Of a stretch of 64,000 bases of DNA, positions 57,772 to 64,000 are shown piece by piece. The DNA is from Candidatus Caldarchaeum sp. (GTDB lineage: Archaea > Thermoproteota > Nitrososphaeria_A > Caldarchaeales > Caldarchaeaceae). A program made the translations under genes and the position numbers. Below the pieces are notes generated by a model, which worked only from the letters and a program-made list of their open reading frames with translations, had not been told where the DNA came from and did not search any database. The number at the start of each line of letters is the position of its first letter. Position 1 is the stretch's first letter. The stretch covers positions 96,001 to 160,000 of the forward strand of contig JAVZZH010000001.1 of the NCBI GenBank assembly GCA_038885755.1, in the 5' to 3' direction.

Positions 57772-57789
57772 GCTTCATCTTTTTTCTTT

Positions 57790-58629
57790 CTATGTTTGCT
57801 GGACTAGCTCGCTGTATAGCTCGGGCGACCTATCCCTCAGAAACGGTGCATATCTGCGTCTCTCCCTTACAAAATCAAGGTCCAGTTCATGGACCAGGAC
57901 ATACTCCTCACTGGGTGCAATGGCAAGCCGTTCTCCCTTAGGATTGAATATGCAGCTTTTTCCAAAATACGTGGCTGGCTGCTCTGGAAACTCTCTCCCA
58001 CACCTGTTAACGCCGCAGACATATATTGTGTTGAATGCGGCGTGGGCTGCCAGCTCCAGCTCCCACAGCTCTGGATAAAGGCCGGTGCATGTTGGTACGA
58101 AAACTATTTCCGCTCCCTTAACAGCCATTATCCGGGGTCCTTCGGGGAAGTGCCTGTCATAGCAAATTATCACGCCAAACCTAACACCCTGGTCTTGGAA
58201 GACTGGGTATCCTAAGTTGCCCATCCTGAAGTAGAATTTCTCACTGTATCCGATGAGCTGGGGTATGTGGGTCTTCCGATACTTCCCGATAAGCTCGCCC
58301 CTGTGGCTGATTATGGCTGCGGTGTTGTAGAAGGTTCCAGGAACAGTTGTGTCCTCTTCAAACATAGGAGCTATGACTGTGACACCGTATTTATTGGCCG
58401 CCTCAGCCAGCTTGGCTGTGGTGGGTCCGGGTATAGGTTCGGCCAGTGAGAAGAACTCGATCCTCTGCTGCACGGCGAAGTATTGAGAGAAGAATAGCTC
58501 CTGCAGACATACGATCTTGGCGCCCTTTCCAGCAGCCTCACCTATGAGACCCACCGCCTTATCCACGTTCCTCTCCTTCTCCTTCTCCGCGTTCATCTGG
58601 ATGAGTCCTACCTTGACTGTGCGGCCCAT
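57790..58629 (-). CDS. Nitrilase-superfamily amidohydrolase (beta-ureidopropionase/N-carbamoylputrescine amidase-like)
   Basis: Glu-Lys-Cys triad in LQELF, YRKTHIP and ICYDRHFPE; EKFYF. Confidence 0.9.
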   Translation of the reverse strand: MGRTVKVGLIQMNAEKEKERNVDKAVGLIGEAAGKGAKIVCLQELFFSQYFAVQQRIEFFSLAEPIPGPTTAKLAEAANKYGVTVIAPMFEEDTTVPGTFYNTAAIISHRGELIGKYRKTHIPQLIGYSEKFYFRMGNLGYPVFQDQGVRFGVIICYDRHFPEGPRIMAVKGAEIVFVPTCTGLYPELWELELAAHAAFNTIYVCGVNRCGREFPEQPATYFGKSCIFNPKGERLAIAPSEEYVLVHELDLDFVRERRRYAPFLRDRSPELYSELVQQT

Positions 58630-58633
58630 TGTG

Positions 58634-59662
58634 TCAACTCATTTTAGGCTGATATTTATAACTGTCGGATATCTCGCCAGCAATGTTAGAGAGCATAAGG
58701 CTTCTCACATCCCCTCCCTGCCCCAAACACCACATGAGTTTGACCAGGGCGGTTTCCGGCAGCATGTCAGAAGTTGGAATGATGTTTTTGACGGCTAGAA
58801 TCTTCTTATCCAGAGCATATACACCCAGCTTCTCACCACCGTAGAGGCATTGTGTGGTAATGACGACAGGCCTCCCATAGTCCTCCACCACACCGATGAA
58901 TTTATCGTCGCTCTTTATGTGGCCGAGTCCGGTGCCCTCCACCACTACACCGTCGTAGAGTGATAAGATTTTAGCCATAGCCTCGTCTGTTAGGGATGGA
59001 GTCATTTTTATCAGCCCCACGTTGGGGTTGAGCTCCGTCTTCAGATATGCTCTGCTCTCCCCCCTTCTGACTCTTTTCTTCACATCGAGATGTATGGTCT
59101 CACCCACCACATGTCCGAGAGGTTCCTCATTTACGCTGGCGAATGCGTTTAAAGCGTGGGAGTGGATCTTCTTGGCCCTCGTCCCCTTGATGATCACTTT
59201 TCTCCCTCCGAACGCGTCCTCTGAGAAGACCACGCAAACATGGCCCAGATCTGCATACGCTGCAACTCTTAGAGCTGCCTTGACATTACCCGGTCCATCG
59301 CTGCCTGGGTTGCCTCCCGGTATCATAGCACCTGTCAAGACAACCGGGACCTCTGGATATCCCAGCATGAAGCTGAGGGCGGAGGCCGTATACTGCAGAG
59401 TGTCGGTTCCATGTAAGACCACCACACCGTCCACACCCTCTTGGAGAGATTTGTAGACAGAATTGGCCACGGCCTGCCAGTCGCTAGGTGTGAAGTCGAA
59501 GCTGGCCTTCACCATTATCTCCCGTATCTCATAGTCCACGCCCTCCACGGATATTTCAGGGAATGTCTGCTTGTAGGATAGTATCTCGGCGCCTGCCTTG
59601 GCGTCAAATGTCTTAGACAGTATGGTCCCGCCGGTGGCTAGGACATGTACATGCTTGGCCAT
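58634..59662 (-). CDS. L-asparaginase-family (type I/GatD-like) amidohydrolase
   Basis: ATGGTI, HGTDT, K.HS, GTGLGH, DM.PETA.VKL.W; start moved to ATG 59662. Confidence 0.88.
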   Translation of the reverse strand: MAKHVHVLATGGTILSKTFDAKAGAEILSYKQTFPEISVEGVDYEIREIMVKASFDFTPSDWQAVANSVYKSLQEGVDGVVVLHGTDTLQYTASALSFMLGYPEVPVVLTGAMIPGGNPGSDGPGNVKAALRVAAYADLGHVCVVFSEDAFGGRKVIIKGTRAKKIHSHALNAFASVNEEPLGHVVGETIHLDVKKRVRRGESRAYLKTELNPNVGLIKMTPSLTDEAMAKILSLYDGVVVEGTGLGHIKSDDKFIGVVEDYGRPVVITTQCLYGGEKLGVYALDKKILAVKNIIPTSDMLPETALVKLMWCLGQGGDVRSLMLSNIAGEISDSYKYQPKMS

Positions 59663-59679
59663 GGCTATGAAAAACTCAC

Positions 59680-59697
59680 TAACAATATTTATTGTTA
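59680..59697. promoter_or_regulatory. Perfect inverted repeat in the divergent promoter region
   Basis: TAACAAT-ATTT-ATTGTTA between the asparaginase-like and cyclodeaminase-like genes. Confidence 0.4.
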
Positions 59698-59762
59698 AGT
59701 GTGCCGGCGCCAAAGCCATATATCAACGCCGCGGCAGCCCACCCGCGACGGATTGGCAGCAT

Positions 59763-60725
59763 ATGATTGTTAGCGGTGATGAGATGAAGGGTCTTGTCTC
59801 CATGGATGAGGTGATATCTCTTGTGGAGCAGGCTTATGCTGCTCATGCAAGGGGGCTATGTATCATGCAGCCGAAGACCCAGCTAATCATAGAGAAGTAC
59901 TCTGGCGAGTGGGAGGCCATGCCATCCTATCTAGGAGAGCCGGAATCATCAGCATGTAAGTGGGTGGCTATCAGGGAGAGGAATAGGGAGAGTTTCGGAC
60001 CCCCCACAGTCATGTCCACCGTAGTATACACTGACCCGGAGACGGGATACTCGCTGATGATTTGTGACGGCACCTATCACACAAATATGCGGACAGAAGC
60101 CGCTGCGGCGGTCTCAGCTAAGTGGATGGCGAGGCGGGACTCCAAAGTGGCTGTCGGAACACTTAGGGCCCTGAATAGCTTGAACATGTTTAGGAAAGTG
60201 CTGGTGTGGAGTGGGAATAGGGAGAATGCTGACAGCTTCGTCGAACGTATGCAGGCGGAGGTGTCGATGGAACTTGCAGTTGTTAACAGCGTCCGCGATG
60301 TGGTGGCTGACTCGGATGTGGTTGTTACCCAGACACCCGCTACTGAGCCGGTGGTTAAGGATGAGTGGGTGCGGGAGGGGACACATATCGCAGTCATGGG
60401 TGCCGACATGGAGGGTAAGCAGGAGCTTGAGGGTAAGCTGCTGAAGAGGAGCCGTATCTTCGTGGACGACTTGAGTCAGTGTATTAGGGACGGGGAGATT
60501 AATGTCCCGCTCAGGAAGGGTGAGGTCAGGGTTGAGGACGTGGCGGGAACCATCGGCGAGATAATAATAGGTAGGAAGATAGGAAGGCTCTCCCAAGACG
60601 ATATCACTGTCTTCGACTCCACTGTAATAGCTCTGCGGGACGCCGCTGTAACCACGCTTGAGTATAAACGGGCTAGGGAAAGGGGTGTGGGCGTGGAGAA
60701 GAGGATGATCGTATCGCAAACCTAG
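59763..60725 (+). pseudogene. Alanine dehydrogenase/ornithine cyclodeaminase-like gene with in-frame loss of the Rossmann motif
   Basis: The ORF is intact but reads ARRDSKV-AVGTLRAL with no GxGxxA; RTEAA and FDSTVIALRD replace RTGAA and FDSTGLA.QD. Confidence 0.65.
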
Positions 60726-61960
60726 GAAGCCAGCTGGAGGATAGTGTGTAGGAGAACGTTGGCTCCCGCTTCAACGTCTCTAGGCTCGGTCCACTCATCA
60801 GGCGCATGGCTGACTCCATCACGGCTCGGAACAAATATCATGCCCACATCAGCTATCCTAGCCATGTTCTGGGTATCGTGAACAGCGCCGCTTGGCATCA
60901 ACCTGTGGCTGATACCCAGCTTCTCCACAGATGCCAGTATCGCCTCCATCACTGTTTTAGACATAGGTGTCGGCTCCAGTCTCGCCCGCTCAGTAACGGT
61001 GTAGGATAGTCCAAGCCCCTTGAGGGTCTCGTCCACATACTCCAAAATCCTCTTCCTAGACTCGCTGAGGCGCTCCCGCGATATATCCCTGAAGTCGATG
61101 CTCATCTCAGCCTTGTTGGATATCACGTTGATGGCGGAGGGATATACTCGGATCAAGCCTACAGTGCCGAAAACACCCGCCCCAGCCTCCCTAGCCATTC
61201 TATTGATCTCGAGAGCAATCCTAGAGACGCCTATCACCGGGTCTCTCCTGAACTCCATGGGAGTTGTCCCCGCATGGCCCGACCTTCCGACAATCTCCAG
61301 CAGCCACTGGCTTATCCCGGCGATGCCTTGAACAACCCCGATACTTTCCCCCTTGCTGTGAAGCAATGGTCCCTGCTCTATATGTAGCTCGACCCAGGCC
61401 TTGAACTCACCCCGCCTTCTCACCGGCTCCGATAGATGCTCCGGTTCCAGCCCACCCCTTCTCAGAGCCTCCAAGTATGTGATTCCTGAGTCATCTGTTT
61501 GGCTGTAAGCCTCTTCAAGCTTCAGGCTCCCTGTGGCAACCCTGCTGCCAGTCATGAGGGGGAACCTGACACCCTCCTCATTACTGAACGATATGAGCTC
61601 CAGGGGATGTCTAGTGGTTATGTTGTAAGCGTTCAGCGTCCTTATCACTTCAAGTCCTGAGAGGACGCCTAGACAGCCGTCGAACATTCCGGCGTTGGGC
61701 ACAGTGTCTATGTGGGAGCCTAGCCCCACCACGGGCAGGGAGTTATCCTCTCCCTTCCTACGTCCTAATATGTTGCCCGCTCTGTCTATGCGGACTTCGA
61801 GCCCCGCTTCACGCATCTTGGATATTAGGAGGCTCCTAGCCCTGTGGTCCTCCATGCTGAGCGCGAGCCTCGTCCTACCCCCTCCCGCTGTCTCACCTAT
61901 CTTACTGAACTCAATCAGGTCTGACCAGATCCTGTCTAGGGAAACCCTGGGATCGGTCAG
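60722..61960 (-). CDS. Zn-dependent M20 N-carbamoyl-amino-acid amidohydrolase (HyuC/beta-ureidopropionase type), probable CTG start
   Basis: GSHIDTVP.AG.FDG..G, NEEG.RF, ELHIEQGP, HAGTTPM, SGA.HD, SH.PDE; family-like N-terminus (RIWSDL..FS.IG...GG.TRLALS) extends upstream of ATG 61855. Confidence 0.88.
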   Translation of the reverse strand: MTDPRVSLDRIWSDLIEFSKIGETAGGGRTRLALSMEDHRARSLLISKMREAGLEVRIDRAGNILGRRKGEDNSLPVVGLGSHIDTVPNAGMFDGCLGVLSGLEVIRTLNAYNITTRHPLELISFSNEEGVRFPLMTGSRVATGSLKLEEAYSQTDDSGITYLEALRRGGLEPEHLSEPVRRRGEFKAWVELHIEQGPLLHSKGESIGVVQGIAGISQWLLEIVGRSGHAGTTPMEFRRDPVIGVSRIALEINRMAREAGAGVFGTVGLIRVYPSAINVISNKAEMSIDFRDISRERLSESRKRILEYVDETLKGLGLSYTVTERARLEPTPMSKTVMEAILASVEKLGISHRLMPSGAVHDTQNMARIADVGMIFVPSRDGVSHAPDEWTEPRDVEAGANVLLHTILQLAS

Positions 61961-61966
61961 CGTTGT

Positions 61967-63376
61967 TCACCTAGCGCTGTTGAGGACTTGCTCATCTATC
62001 TTGGCCTTCACAAACCGTCCTATGCCAGGCCTCCCCAGGAACTGTTCGTTATCCACTATTATTTCACCACGGAGGATGGTCATGGACGGCCAGCCTTTAA
62101 CCCTCATACCCTCGTAAACACTTAGGTCAGTCCCCATGTGTAGATTCTTGGCGTCTAAGGAGTGCTCCCTGTTGGGATCTATTATGACTAAGTCCGCGTC
62201 CGCGCCGGGAGCTATCACACCCTTCTGAGGATAGAGGCCGAATATCTTGGCGGCGTTTGTGCTTACCACATCAACAAATCGTGTTAGGGTCATCCCACGC
62301 CTGATCACCCCCTCGTAGAACATGAGTGGGACGCGTACTTCCGAGCCTGGGAACCCATTGGGTATCTTGGTGAATATTCCAGCGAACTCCTCCTTCTGGC
62401 TCTTGGTGAATGCCACGTGGTCGGAGCCTATGGTCTGGATCTTGCCTCCCATCACAGCCCGCCATAACGCCTCCACATCCTCTTTCTTCCTTAGAGGTGG
62501 GCTGCACATGTAGTATATTCCCCTCTCAGGTGGTTCGAACGTTTCATCCGTTAACACTAGGTAGTGGGGACAAGTCTCCACGAAGACAGGCAGCCCTTTC
62601 AAACGGTACTGGGCCACTATCTCATGCCCCTCACGAGTGGATTGGTGGACAATGTATGTTCTCGCACCTGTTATCTCAGCTATGTTCATCGCCATTAGAA
62701 TAGCTAGGTTCTCCACCATATTGGGCTTGGCTTGGCCGTGGTATCTGGGCTCTACCCTCCCCCCATTCACGAACTCCTCCTGCATCCCCTCACCTATGAA
62801 GCCGTTCTCAGCATGAATAGTGACGACGCCTCCCAGCTCCCTCGCCCTACGCATCACTTGGAAGAGAATCCAGTCATCAGCCATCCAGCCCTGATGCCTG
62901 TATATCATGAAGACCTTGAAACCTGGGACACCATAGTCCATGGCCTCCTTCATACCCTTCATCACCCTGCCCATGTCTGAGAAGTCGCTGATGATCGGCT
63001 TTGTGGTGAAGTCTATCACTGAGAGCTGTCCAGCCCTCTCCATCTGCTTCTTGGTGGCGTCGAGCAGGGACTCGCCCTTCTCCTGGGGTGCAAAGTCGAT
63101 CGTAGTTGTCGTACCGCCGATGGCAGACGCTATAGTACCGATATCCCATGTCTCCCGAGGCTTCGCACCCATAAAATACAGCTCATAGTGGGTGTGGGGA
63201 TCTATCCCGCCGGGTATGACTATTTTGCCACGGGCGTTGACAGTCTTCTCAGCGCTAGCCGAGGCAAGACTACCCACATGAACGATTTTTCCATCTGAGA
63301 CGCCAATATCTGTTTCAGCAACCCATCCGGGACCGACTACAGTTCCCCCGGATATGACCAAATCCAGTCTAGACAA
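61967..63376 (-). CDS. hydA: Dihydropyrimidinase / D-hydantoinase
   Basis: PGGIDPHTH, GGTTT..DF, FKVFM, HAEN, ETCPHYL, SPPLR, GSDH, IPNG. Confidence 0.92.
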   Translation of the reverse strand: MSRLDLVISGGTVVGPGWVAETDIGVSDGKIVHVGSLASASAEKTVNARGKIVIPGGIDPHTHYELYFMGAKPRETWDIGTIASAIGGTTTTIDFAPQEKGESLLDATKKQMERAGQLSVIDFTTKPIISDFSDMGRVMKGMKEAMDYGVPGFKVFMIYRHQGWMADDWILFQVMRRARELGGVVTIHAENGFIGEGMQEEFVNGGRVEPRYHGQAKPNMVENLAILMAMNIAEITGARTYIVHQSTREGHEIVAQYRLKGLPVFVETCPHYLVLTDETFEPPERGIYYMCSPPLRKKEDVEALWRAVMGGKIQTIGSDHVAFTKSQKEEFAGIFTKIPNGFPGSEVRVPLMFYEGVIRRGMTLTRFVDVVSTNAAKIFGLYPQKGVIAPGADADLVIIDPNREHSLDAKNLHMGTDLSVYEGMRVKGWPSMTILRGEIIVDNEQFLGRPGIGRFVKAKIDEQVLNSAR

Positions 63377-63769
63377 GATAACTCGCCACTAATTAGAGGG
63401 ATCATATAAAAACTTTATGTTCGCGTCAGACGGTAGTGTCCAGCTGTCAGGCCTGCGGCCAAGCTTGCATACTTAGGCTTTCCGAAAACAAGCGGAGTCT
63501 ACTTTTCCCTAGCTTATGGGAATGCTTCCGGCCCATTAGTTTTCGGCCACGTTGCAGACATCGTAGGCTGCTGGGTTGAAGTTATATGTGTTAGCGGTCT
63601 ACCTCAGCTCCCTGGCCTTCTTTTTCGCATGGCTGTTGCAGACAAAGCATAGCATGCGATTTTCACCATAGCCTTCAAGCAGAAGTCTGCTCATTTTCTG
63701 TTTTAACGTAAGGCGGCTTCTCAGAACAGAGAACATCCTCGTCAGACCAGCTTTCCACGACGTCTTATG

Positions 63770-63945
63770 TTGCCGGGTCAAACCTTCTTCTCAGCCTGTC
63801 TCAGCCGGCTGTAAACAAGATCTTTCCACGCTTTCCCGACCACGAAAGTCCTGTAATAGCATGATTTGTAACCGTTCAAACTGAATTTAAAAAATCTGCG
63901 TATACAACATCTCCTGGCCTTATTCTCCTGCCGCTAAACGGGCGT
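63770..63945 (-). pseudogene. Remnant of an M24-family (Xaa-Pro peptidase/creatinase-like) gene
   Basis: SGRRIRPGDVVYAD, frameshift, NGYKSCYYRTFVVGK, then an internal stop. Confidence 0.55.
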
Positions 63946-64000
63946 GAGTTGTCCTTAGTCCACGTGTGCAGACCTAACACCATGAACCATCCGTAAGTGC

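Noticed and set aside
110-63188. Numerous 60-290 aa alternative-frame and antisense ORFs in the track
   Set aside because: They are shadows of well-supported genes in moderately GC-rich DNA and carry no recognisable motifs.
1-64000. CRISPR arrays, rRNA genes, tRNA introns, inteins, intact integrases or defence systems
   Set aside because: None seen on reading. The tRNAs are intronless, and TopA, AspRS and FtsZ have normal lengths.

Overview
Archaeal chromosomal segment, most consistent with a thermophilic TACK-superphylum archaeon of the Aigarchaeota/Caldiarchaeum type. This assignment is inferred from rpS26e, rpL40e, Alba, an arcadin-1-like gene, FtsZ, DUF1512 and the archaeal CCA enzyme. 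Bases 1-41.5 kb are mostly core and metabolic genes: cca, aspS, alba, rpl40e, map, topA, serA, rps26e, htpX, gcvH, a cdrS-like RHH gene with ftsZ, and GGPP synthase. They also hold two tRNAs and a small region of decayed genes after tRNA-Val. Bases 41.5-45.3 kb are a co-oriented crtI-crtB-lycopene elongase-pyrimidine dimer glycosylase cassette, apparently for photoprotection. After tRNA-Gln (46.9 kb to the end) lies an accessory catabolic island for cyclic amides, ureides or pyrimidines. It encodes BirA, BioY, a class III aminotransferase, a Tat-exported PotD-type ABC system, a divergent and probably ATPase-impaired group II chaperonin, an HP0310-like CE4 hydrolase, a nitrilase, an asparaginase-like enzyme, a damaged cyclodeaminase, an N-carbamoylase and a dihydropyrimidinase, plus IS6 and pseudogene remnants. 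Top leads: the chaperonin embedded in the ABC operon; the in-frame hydantoinase-TGA-carbamoylase junction with no canonical start codon; the rpl40e stop codon that shares its last base with G1 of tRNA-Val; and the carotenoid/UV-repair cassette. All protein calls come from motif recognition by eye; no database searches were run.
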